64,000 nucleotides of DNA, from positions 67,148,001 to 67,212,000 of the forward strand of contig CM052817.1 of the NCBI GenBank assembly GCA_028534125.1, given 5' to 3'. Positions 52,560 to 64,000 of the stretch are shown here, one piece after another. A program made the translations under genes and the position numbers. The notes under the pieces were generated by a model. The model had not been told where the DNA came from and searched no databases. It saw only the letters and a list, made by a program, of their open reading frames with translations. The DNA comes from Lama glama. Taxonomy: Eukaryota. Numbering within the stretch: position 1 is the stretch's first letter; every line of letters starts with the position of its first letter.

Positions 52560-52870
52560 CCGTTGGTAACTTACATCCTGAAACAAGAGATTTGATTATC
52601 CTTATCATTATCTCTGCTTGCTGAGCAGAGCTCCCAGAGCTATTAGTGGTCATGAAATTACCCAGCTGTTTTTTAAATTCAACCATAGTATTTGACTCAG
52701 TGACCTCTTCGGTCAATGAATTTCACAGGTTGACTATACACATTTATAAGGCATTTTTTACCTCAATTTGTTCTGAATTTACTGCCCCTTATTTTTATCA
52801 AGTATCTCCTTGTCCTTATCTTATTATGGGACAAGGTTAAAAAAAAAGTGTCCTTTGTAATTCTGAATGC
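52560..52870 (-). mobile_element. Ancient CR1-clade LINE 3' end
   Basis: Minus strand reads RTRRYLIKIRGSKFRTN*, then after a frameshift IVNL*NSLTEEVTESNTMVEFKKQLGNFM, matching the CR1 pattern RTRGH..K....FR... and VVN.WNSLP.EVV.......FK..LD. Confidence 0.75.
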
Positions 52871-53587
52871 TTCAATCAAGGACTTTTCTAAAATACACTA
52901 GATTTTAGAATTTTTTATTAGGAAAATGAAAAATCTGGCTATATCCCATCTCGTCTCTATTAATGCTTTATTCTCACCATGACTTTTTATTACTTGGCCG
53001 TGAATTCGGTGCCTACTATGCTGCATCATTCTGTTTTTTTCATATTACTGATAGCATAAGAATGACAATCATGAACGTACATTTCTTCCAATAAGAAAAT
53101 TCAAGTTTGTAATGATATGAAATGATTAAACTCTTACTAATACCATGATTTTCTATTAATTGAAATATTTGTCTTGGTAAAACCAATACATTCAAAATAC
53201 TTAAATTTCAGGCTTATTGAACCAGAGTAAAGTAGTGTTCTCTCAACAAGGTATTTTTGGCATTATCTTTTTGAGTAAATTCTTTTTACTAGATTGTACT
53301 GGAGTGATTTAGAGCCATTAAAATCAAAGGTGTAGATAAGTTGATTATCTAGTCAAGTGATTCTGTTGTAATTCATCTGGATAAATGATTTTGCATTTTA
53401 CCACAACATTGTTCTTCATAAGCTGAGCACATGTTTTTCCCCACAGTATTCAGAGATTCTCATCACTTTGAGAAATAATTTCTATATATGGAATGTATGT
53501 ATTTTTGCTAGATTGTATTTTGTAGTTATAAGCATTTATGCTGAACTAAAATTAGCTATTTTCAAATATATAGTTAAGTATAATTTT

Positions 53588-54085
53588 CTCTTTGTTATTG
53601 AAGTATAGTCGGTTTACAATACTGTGTTCATTTCTGGTATACAGTATAGTGATTTAGTTATACATGTATACATATAATCCTTTTCATATTCTTTATCATT
53701 ATAGGTTATTACAAGGTATTGAATATAGTTTCCCTGTGCTATACAGTAGGATCCTGTTGTTTATCTATTTTATATATAATAGTTAGTATCTGCAAATCCT
53801 GAACTCCCAGTTTATTGCTCCACCCTCCCCTTTCTTCCTTGGTAACATTAAGTTTATTTTCCATGTCTGTGAGTCGGTTTCTGTTTTGTAAATAAATTCA
53901 TTTGTGTCATTTTTTTTTAGATTTCACATGTAAGTGACACCATAGGTATTTTTCTTTCTCTTTCTGGCTTGCTTCACTTAGTATGACAATCTCCAGGTTC
54001 ATCAGTGTTGCTGCAAATAGCACTATTTTATTCTTTTTCATGGCTGAGTAGTATTCCATTATCCATATATACTACTATTTCTTTT
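53588..54085 (-). mobile_element. Artiodactyl-type L1 3' end
   Basis: tattgaagtatagtcggtttacaat...ttccctgtgctatacagtagga...ttcacttagtatgacaatctccaggttcatc. Confidence 0.9.
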
Positions 54086-55669
54086 TCCTCCTTTTATAGT
54101 TGAAAATACTTGCAAACCTTGTTGTGTCATGTTCATTCAAGACTCCTTCATTCATGTAATAAAAATGTTTAGCTCTACTGTAGAAATAAAGTGAGACATG
54201 ATACATGTATACAAACAACTAAAATGCAAGGAAGCAAAAGAGTAGTATCTCCTTGATATTTAGCCTTACTTAAGGATAGTACAGAGAACATCTATTTGAT
54301 GAAAATACAAGTTTCTGTGTTGCAGCTGAGACCTACTAAATCAAACTCTCAGTGTCGTGGGACTAAGGAGCCAGCCTTTACCCACGCTCACCACAGTTCT
54401 CTTCAGACCTCTTCTAATTTTAACTTTTTCCCTGGGAAAGCTTTCATACTTGTAGCTTCAGTTGTTTACTTGCTGGAGTTTTATCTCCAGCTTGGAGTTC
54501 ACTTTTGAGTACCAGTTGTTATATTCTGGTTTGTCATAGAGAAATTTTCTATTCAAACTGAAGTAATGACTTTTCCCTAAAATCTTGCTTTAATCTAGTT
54601 TCATCTAGTTTCTTGCATGTGAATGGTTACAACACTTATTTAAGTGCCATTGATTATCTTTTCCTCTTCCTTTTAATATTTAAGTGGTAAAATTTACTAT
54701 CTTACCCATTATTGGGTATCTGTTGTGTTTTATGTTTAGAAAATACATTCATCCTTGAGATCAGATACATCATCATGCTTCTTATTAAATGATGGAGCAC
54801 AATTGCTAAATTGTGGACCATGGTTCAAAATCCAGGCTGACATCATGGAATTGAATAGTGGCCCCATCTAGGTGTTCCCAAGACTGTTTTATAGCATCAA
54901 GCTTACATAATTCAAATCATAATTAGTATCAACAGAGGTTTAACTGAGTCCTTGTTGAATATAAGAATTTTAAGACATTGAAAAGAAACTTATTCTACAG
55001 AACTGTGGAAGTCTATAAGTGAAAAATAAGAAAGTTAAAAACACTTGGAAGTCTATGGTGCCTCATCTTCTTATAAAGGTTAAACCTAAATATTGGTCAA
55101 AGTTTTCCATTTGTGCAAATGGAGGCTAATAGGCTTGGAATAAAACAATATTTATGTTTATCTTTTTCTTACAGCTAAATTAGAATTAAGTTTCTTTCAG
55201 ACATATTTTTACAGAAAATAATTATAATATTCTAGAGGCCAAAACATGCCAATTTGAAAGCCCTCTTCCCTCTGCTCTTCTGAAATACTGGTAGAAAGGG
55301 GACTCTTGAAAAAACACACATATCCTATTTTGACAGTATCACAAAGATTCTTCTACTTTCTTAAGTTGAGTGTTCTTATTAATTTGGTAGTGCAAATTAC
55401 CAAGAAGTTTATCTCAGGGAAAACATTTAAAGTAGTAGTAAGTCTTGTCATTACCTCAATACAAAGTCAAAATTTTATTATTGGTACTTGCAGATGAAAT
55501 TCCCTCCCTGAAACAATACAGATTGGTGATTATTTTTATCACCAGTTCAGAAGGAACATATAACAGTTTATGTGTTATGTGTATTTAGTAGTTAATTTAT
55601 TCTATATCAGATGACTTTATTTTTTTCCTTGTGAGCAATTTTGAATAATACTTTAAAATAACTTTAATT

Positions 55670-58600
55670 ATGGAACTTTTGGTACATCCCAATGCAGGTT
55701 ATGAAGCATAATAAAAAGAAAACTTATGAAATAGACCATCATCAATAGCGTGGCCTCAATAGGTATGTGTCTCTTTGATCCTATTCTTCTACTTTTCTGG
55801 TATTGGAAGCACCCTCCTGAAATCTGTGTTTACCATTTCTTTGCTTTTAAAAAATAATTTGATGATATATCACTCAGCAGGTTTTTAAAATTCATCCATG
55901 TGATTTCATAAAACTGCAATTCACTTATTTTCACTGTAATCTAACATTCCATTGTATGATTATTCTACATTTTATCTACACATTCTGTTGATAGTTGTTT
56001 GAGTTGTCTTAAGTTTTTGCTATTAAGGGGAATAGTACAATGAACATTCTTGTGCAGGTCTTGTGGTGCACATGCATAAAGGTTCTCTGTGGTATGCATC
56101 TCAAAGTGGAATTGCTGAGTTGTAGGGAATGAGCATTTTTGTACTTAAAAGACAATACCATACAAACTACTATATACAAAATAGATAAACAACAAGGTCC
56201 TAACTATATTTAATAGTGTAATAATCTATAATGAAAAATAATATAAAAAAGAATATATATGTAAAACAAAATCACTATGCTGTACACCAGTAACCAACAT
56301 AACACTGTAAATCAACTATATTTCAATGCAAAAAAAGAGACAATGCCAAACTATTTTCCAAAAGGATTGTATTAATTTACATCCCTGCTGGCAGCATATG
56401 AAGAATCTCATTAATTCATATCCTCATGAAAACTTGTATTGTCAATTATAATATGTGTCAGTCTGGTGGGTATAACATAATGGATCATAGTAGTATTAAT
56501 TGCTAATTCTCTGATTATTAAAGAGGGTGAGCATGTCTTCATATTTTTATTTACTATTCAGGTATTATAAATATTGATTATTTACATAGATTGCCTATTT
56601 TTGGCCATTTTTATATTGGGTTGTTTATCTTTTTCTTATTGATTTGTAAAAATTCTTTACATAATCTGTTACTAAAGTTCAGATAAATGAGTTAAAAAGT
56701 ATTTCTCTTTTTTATTTTTAGGAAGTTTTTTTATAAGTTAAAATGATTTATTCCTTGAAAGTATAATAGTATTTTCCTGTAAAACGGTAGAGAATTAGTT
56801 TTTCTTAGAGGGAAGATAGTTTATTACGGATAAACATTCCTTGGAGATTCTTGAGCTATTCAAGCTTTTGATTTCTCACTTACTGAGATTTAATAAATTA
56901 TATTTTACTAGGACTTTGTCTAGTTTATCTAAGATTTCATATTTATTTGCAGCACAAAATTTCCCATAGTATTCTCTTACATTCTTTGTTTTTATAGAAA
57001 TCATTACTCTACCTCTTCTTTCTGTTTTGTGTCTTCTTTCTCTTTTTCTTAACATATATTTGCATTTTTACTTATTATGGTTTTTCTTTACTATTTCAAT
57101 AATTTCAGCTTTATTTTCTCATTTGTCTAATTTCTTTGGAATAGTCCCTTCTTTGCTCTAATATCTTGATTTGGTTTTTGCACTCACTAATTTGTAGTCC
57201 TTCTTATATTCTATTACAAATAGATAATTATTTAAATTCCTTCAATTTGTCATTTTTGTTGCTTTCCAGTGTTGGATATGAAGAACCTTCATTACTTTTC
57301 AGTTCTAATTATTTTCAACCTTGGATGTGATTTATTTTTATTTTTTGATTATTTGAGTCACATTTTATAATGTACCAATGTAGAGAATTTTAATTTAGCT
57401 TTTTGTCAATAACTTCTACTTTATTTCAGTGTGCTAGACAACACTGTCTATAGGAAAGCAATTCTTTAAAATTTATTGAGGCCTATTATATGATTTGGCC
57501 TATTATACAATTAATATTTGCAAATGGTCTATATGTTCCATTCTATCAAATTTATACTTTCAAACTGTAGGGCTTAGAGTTCTATATAATGTGTTTATTA
57601 AATATATTGTTCTAGTTTTTCAGACTCATTCTATCTTGATCTAACATTAATGGAAACAGTTGAGTGTAAACTTTCCATAATAATGGTGGATTTGTACATT
57701 TGTTCCTATAGTTCTATTAATATTTGATTTATACATAATGAGCCAATCTTATTAGTGCACACACAAGATTAGAATATATGTACATATACATAAATACTAC
57801 ATATTAGATACATGTATTCATGATGACTTGAACCTTGTTATCAATGTATGACAATGCTTTCCTTTAATTCAATTTAGGCTGCTAAGATAGCTATCCCTTT
57901 TTTCTTCTTAATAAATTTGCCCAGTATAAGTTTTTCTGAATTTTTAATTTCAATAATCCATGCCTTGAGGTTTTAAGTAATTAGGGATTTAGATACTGCA
58001 ATATAGGATAGAGTTAAAATTTTTCAGGCAGATGTAACTGTTCTACAGATACATTAATTCCATTTGATATATATTTCCTTATTTAAACTGTATTACTTTT
58101 GCTGCCAATTTGTTCCACCTTTGTTATACTTTTGTTTTTTCCTGTTTGGATTGATCGACTTTGTATTTAGTATTATTCCATTTTTGATTCATTATTTAAA
58201 AAATTAGAAAATATTTTTAGTTTTAGTGTATAATTTTAAGCTTTATATGGATTTAGCTGCAAAAATGTTTTTTAGTTTAGCCTTGAAATTATTTTAATTA
58301 ATATTTGAACTTCTCTCCTGAGCAATTTAAGTACCCTTACCACTGACTTAACTCTAATCATCACAATTTGAACTCATACTATTAGTGTATAGACTTTAAT
58401 TCTGTCCTTTAACCAAAACCTTATACTTATTTCTTTATACAACAGCATGCTTGATTAATAGTCTGTTTATAAATGTCTTCATTCTCCATTCCTTTTTCCC
58501 TTTCAAACATTCCTTCTGGAATCCTCCTGCTTCTTGATGGATTCTTTATATATTCTTGTATAAATGCTGTGTTAGTAAACCCTCTAAGCATTTTTTTTAA

Positions 58601-59850
58601 TATTTTCTTTTCTTATTTATTGAAATACCATTTTGTTGAGTATGCCTTTCTAAGTTGAAGCTATTTTGTCTCTGTAGTATGATGATATTATACTAATCTT
58701 TTGTTTTGTTTTGTTTTGTTTTCTAGTTTTATCAGGAGCAGTCAGTTCTCAGCCTAGTTTCCTTTCCTTAGTTTGAGTTTTTTCTCATTTCGTATGTCAT
58801 TTGGTCTTATTGTACTTTTTGTTCTACAGTATCACTGCACTATTCGCAAGGGTGGAGTTAGTTTTTGATGTCTTAATATATGTTTTGTTGCCTCCATCTA
58901 TGAATTGATTTTTTTCATAAATTTTGGTACATTCTTAATTATAACTAAATATTATTTCCCTTTTATTTCTTTTACAGTCTCCTTCTTTAACTCTAATTAG
59001 ATTTATGCTAACCATCTCTGTTATATCCTAATATCTTAATCTTTCTTTTATATGCTCACATATTGTATTTCATTGTGCTTCATTTTGGAATTTCTCTCTG
59101 TATATTTTACATTTCACAAATTTTTTCTTCAATTGTCTCTAATCTCTATAATAAAACATTTAGTCAATTTATAATTCAGGGATTATATTCTTAATTTTAA
59201 ATTTCTGTTTTGTTTTTTCCCCAATCTGCTTTCATAAAATTGCTTTTTTATAATCATATTTTTCATACTGTTGTAGAAATCAAATTTTGTGACTTCATCT
59301 TGGCATTTCACACATGCTCGTTTATTTTGTACATTATCTAATAATGCCAGTGTCTGAAGTCCTTGGATCTAATCTCTTAATGTTACTATATATTTCTGTG
59401 ACACTTGATTGTAAATATATTTATTGATCATAACTGATAAAAATCTTACAGCTATATTATATTCATTCTTCAAAAAATGATTTTTACTTGTTTTTCAAAG
59501 AGGCAAAGGATGCTATCAATCTGGAATCATTTTAGTTTCCTCCCAACTTCCATACTCAATGTTAGAGTTTTAGTTCCCACTCTGCTCCAAAGACCAAGTC
59601 TTAGCAAATACAATTGTTTGTCTCAAGTCTGCCTATTTTTCAAGTTTGTCTAAGGTGCAAAGCTTCCAAACATACTGTAGCTCAAATAATTTTGTCTTAC
59701 TAGATTTTTTTTTCATTTATTCATGAACCTGGGAGATTTCCTTTAATTTTTATTACCCCAGAAATGCATAAGAAAGCATGTTTTATACAGAATCTTGTTT
59801 TCTTTCAGTGGGAGGGATTTTCAGGGTTTCTAGCTCTTCAGATTTCCTGA
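55670..59850 (-). mobile_element. Long, highly decayed L1ME-like element
   Basis: T-rich L1 antisense sequence: attccattgtatgattattctaca...aatgaacattcttgtgcaggtcttgtggtgcacatgca... Confidence 0.7.
56161..56337 (+). mobile_element. Short younger L1 3' end nested in the old L1
   Basis: tacaaactactatatacaaaatagataaacaacaagg...tcactatgctgtacaccag...aatcaactatatttcaa + A-tail; TSD agacaatacca (56150-56160) / agacaatgcca (56338-56348). Confidence 0.85.
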
Positions 59851-62337
59851 AAAGACAGGTTATATTCTTATGAAGCTCTCTGTATAGTCTACTAAATCAT
59901 ATAAGTTCATATGAAAATCTCCAGAAACATTTTTAATAATAATCTCTTCAATCTATATTGTTAGAAATGAGAGAAAATAAACTTAAAACTAAATATGGTT
60001 TTAGTCAATATTTAAAAAAAATCTTCTTTAATTAAGCATTTAATATAAGAGAGAAACAGAGACCTCTTGTTAATTTGTCCCTTCCAATTGTGAAGATCCT
60101 AATAAGCAAATTAAATAAAATAATTATATTAAATCTTAAAAAATTTGAAAATGAGAAAGAGAGGAATGGAGTTGAAAATGAATTAGTAAATCAAATTGTT
60201 TTGTTAATTTAAAATCTGTGTAATGATATTCTGATTTATTAAATATGATATTTCTGGTATCCCAACAGTAGAGAATTACTGTCCCAAATCTATAATTAAA
60301 AATATAGAACTTTCAGGGGGGTTTTTTTTCCCCCTAGTGATAACTGGATTCACTGAATGACTTAGCATGGAGAGTGGCATTAATCCAGGCATCCAGGATG
60401 GTGTATGTATCTGTGTGTGCATGTGACACAGTGGTTCCTTGCCCTTCTTCTATTCACAGATTTTAAAATATTGCTCAGGTGCTATTTTGCACCAAGTGTT
60501 AAAGTACATTATACCTGGCTCATGAACAGCTCATAAATATAAGCAATGGAATAAGGGATGAACTATATTGATAATTAAAAAACAGACGGGAAGATTATGT
60601 TAGTCTTGTCTGCCCAGCCGGTGATATCCAATTTATAGAAACACTAATTTCACATGTCTAATGCTGCCTACAAATATACTAAAGTTTTTAAATGAAGAGG
60701 TTTGACAATTATCACTTATGGTGTTACTATAATGCTAATAAAATGCCCTTTTAGGGGTACAAATCCCAATAAAATCCTTGGGAATTTTAGGATCATAAAC
60801 AGCAGAGAGTAATATCGTAGTTAATTGTATTATAATTATATTAATATCTTTGATGGGATAAAAAAAGCCCACAAGGAAATGGCATACATTTCACATATTA
60901 AATATGGATAAAATTATTTGTTGCTGTTATTGTACTGTATATATTATTAAAGAACTCATTAATCAATAATGTTGATACAATTTTTAACTTTAAAACGTAC
61001 TTTTTCAACATCACTATGCAATGAGCAGGCAGCAAAGTTACAGGAATGCTGTAACTTAAGTTATTAATTATAGATGTTCTGGCTGTGTTTATAAGATACT
61101 TAAACAACAGGTGGAATCTGTGACATTATTAAAACTTGTTGCCAATCTGAAGAAAAAAGAAATGACTACAAATCACTTAGTCATAGCGATTGCCATATTG
61201 AACACCAGAGATGAGAGCAAAGTTTGCTGCTCTCTTCTCCAAATTAACCCATTACAGAAATCACTCTGTTGTTAAATACTGGCTGTTTTGCAAGTTAAAA
61301 AAGAAATGCAAGTATGTCATTATTTTCCAGCCATTATATTGGTAACTGCTTTGAATTCTAAGAATTTTAAATTATTCATTTTTGCCCCAAATATACAAGC
61401 CATTTCACTCTAACATTTTGTGGTGGTCTTTCACTGTAGTATTCTTGTTTGTTTTAATGTTTGTTCTATCCAGGCGCTTCATTTCCAACTAACAATTCCT
61501 CTGCAGAAATAGCCTTAATACTTTGAGCCCATAAAGACAATTACAGATTAGAAAAAAGACAAGATTTGGGGAGGAAAATACTTTGATTTTCACACTGCTT
61601 CCTTCAGACCCTTTTCTTTCTTGCATCCGCTGTTTCTTTCAGGTCTTTACAAGCCCTGTCTTCAGTTCTCTTTTTTCTTTCTCAATCTCAGACTGGTTTT
61701 ACAGGTTCTTAGGAAAAAACACAATTGAGTGTAGTGTTATCACAGGGGCAACATTATACAAACAAAGAACTGAGCAAAATCACAGGCTGCTTAATCAGCT
61801 TGTCCCAATTCATATGACACAGATTTTTTAAAAAGAAACCTTTACCAAAGAAGCATGTTTGGACTCTGTTTCCAAAGCCTTCTGACCCATGACTTGGAGT
61901 CGGCAGAGTAGGCTGTGGCCGGGGACTCCAGCACAAGTCTGTGTAAGCTACATGAGTAACATGCATCCATCTCCTGGGCTGAACGCCTTAGCACAGATTT
62001 TGGTTTTTAAGTACTGGTTCTCCCCAATATCCAAGGTTAACTTTTATCGGTGATTTCTCTTGGAAATAAGATTTAAAATCATGGTTTTTCACTTACGTTA
62101 GGATAGTAATTTAGACCTGTGCCCTGTATCAAACCACGTGTGTAAGAAGAGGAACCTTGTATGGATGGGAGCTAGGTTTCCATGAGTCCTTCCTAGTTAA
62201 TTTGTGCAACAATGGAATAGTTAAAGCCAGCAGCAATGGCAGGCTCCACAGAGATGATGTATGTCCAACTGCTCCTCCAGAGATGCAGTCCGGAGGTTAT
62301 AGGGACCAGAGACAGCTGTCCCTTGTAAAATTGCTGT

Positions 62338-62640
62338 ACACACACACACACACACACACACACAAGCGCGTGCGCAGGAGTATAGCAAGTAGCGCGGCTG
62401 TTACTCAGCGAAGATCTCTGCCTGGACCCTGCGCAGCGCTGACTGCTTTCCGCGGTGAGGAGCATCCCGCCGTTCGGGGGACAGCCGGAATTGCTTAGCT
62501 TCTCAGGAGGCCTTAGTCTCCACTGGAGGAAATATACATTCACCCTCCTAAGCTTCAGCCTGAGGCTGTGCGAATGTCTGCCCTCGATAGCTCAAAAGTT
62601 CCCCTAATCCACTGAGATCTCACGGCGCACGGGATATTTA
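62338..62640. promoter_or_regulatory. CpG-rich promoter/enhancer-like element with (CA)n and NRF1-like motif
   Basis: One of the densest CpG clusters in the window and not repeat-derived as far as I can tell; GCGCGTGCGCA at 62366-62376; donor-like sites nearby on both strands. Confidence 0.55.
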
Positions 62641-64000
62641 AATCTCAGTACAAGAAGGGTCTGTGAAGGGGTGCATAGCATTGAAAACGGGAAATATGGC
62701 CGTGGCTTTGAGTGGATACAGAAAAGAGTAGCTAAGCCATTTATTTGGTTTAAAATTGTTAAAATTCCTGTCAGAAGAATAAAGTGGTTAGTACAAATCC
62801 TTCCTTTCATGGTGTGGACTAGAACCGAGCACTCTGCCTTTGTCGCTGGAAAATGTTAAAATGACAACATTTAGAAAGGCGTCAGAAAACAGATTGACTT
62901 GTTTAAATTCTTACAAGAAGAAATGTCCAAAGAAGTGGGGAAAAAAATTGGAAGGGGGCAAGAGGGTGAATTAGAAATACAAAGAGAGAGAGAGAGAATA
63001 TCGTAGATTACGTGGAATGCTTAGAAAATTAAAACAAATCAGTATTCCAAAATAGAGAAAAAAGACAGAAGACCTTTAAAAATTTCCACTTATTAAATGA
63101 CCAAATGAACTCCATTCTGAGAACAGGAAGGAAAAAAAAAGTTGTAAATTTAGACTTAGGAGTGCAAAAGAAACTGGGGTATTAATATGTAAATCCTCTT
63201 TAATAATATACAATTTATTTAAACTTTTCAAGGTAAACATGTATCAGTTTGATATGGGAGATGTTTCTGAGGTTTTCATATATGTGATTGTCCTGGTGCT
63301 CTTGTTTGAGGGATCAGAGGTAATTTTTTCACATTGTTTGGTTTTATTTTTTTTTTAATGTGATGATTGACTGGATACCACCTGTTCACCCAAAGCACCA
63401 ACTTTTTTTCGCATTAATTCTAGGAAATGCTGTTCCATGGCTTACAAGCAGTTCACTGGTTATTTACTAAAGAGTTCCATACATACAGAGGGGTTATTTA
63501 TTATGTGCTTGCTATGTCTCAGATACAATTTGAAGTGCATTAAAAATATTAACATGTTTTATTTTCATAGCAATCCTGTGCCATAGCTAGTGGAATTGTA
63601 TGAGACACAGATTGACTAAATCGCCTGTCCAAATCACCCAGCTATGGGCAAGCATAAAACTTCCAAGCCCATGGCTCTGAAATCCAGGGATCGTCTGAGC
63701 TGTAAACCACCACAGTAGATCAACTAGAGAGAATAATGAAAGAGAACCAATATTTTCTTTTTTCATTCTTATTTCAGTTTTATCTGAACTTGAAAGCAAT
63801 TATAAACATATATAGCAAAAAAAATTTTTTTTGGATGTCATAGCTAGTAATGCCTGACAAATAATCAAGCAGGTGACTTTATAATGATTATTCAAGTTTG
63901 AATGACCTAAATTTTACATAAACACTCCAAAACAAGCATGATTTAGGTGACCACTGAATTATTGAAAACTAGGGCTGCTACATTCACAGATTGTAAATGG

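Noticed and set aside
1..64000. CRISPR array, operon, rRNA, snRNA or known miRNA
   Set aside because: Eukaryotic repeat-rich DNA; no regularly spaced repeats and no RNA gene sequence that I recognise

Overview
Mammalian, gene-poor, repeat-rich genomic DNA, probably from a camelid (two tRNA-derived SINEs resemble the camelid Vic-1 type; species is an inference). I recognise no intact protein-coding gene, tRNA/rRNA gene or CRISPR array. Nearly all ORFs in the track are chance, low-complexity, N-spanning or decayed transposon ORFs. The window contains many L1, L2, MIR, ERVL-class LTR and hAT fragments plus two 500-N assembly gaps. Items worth follow-up: (1) a 2.6-kb rearranged ERVL-class element with protease and env-like tail on + but integrase inverted on -, carrying a strong CTCF motif; (2) a possible ancient Penelope-like reverse-transcriptase relic interrupted by a 73-nt hairpin; (3) a CKS1B 3'-UTR retrocopy inside a MER21-like LTR; (4) two CR1/L3 relics, one unusually well preserved and lying between two candidate exons; (5) candidate non-coding exons on both strands and a CpG-rich, NRF1-motif promoter-like element near 62.4 kb. 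Repeat family names come from my recollection of consensus sequences, and repeat boundaries are approximate. I found no convincing new biological system.
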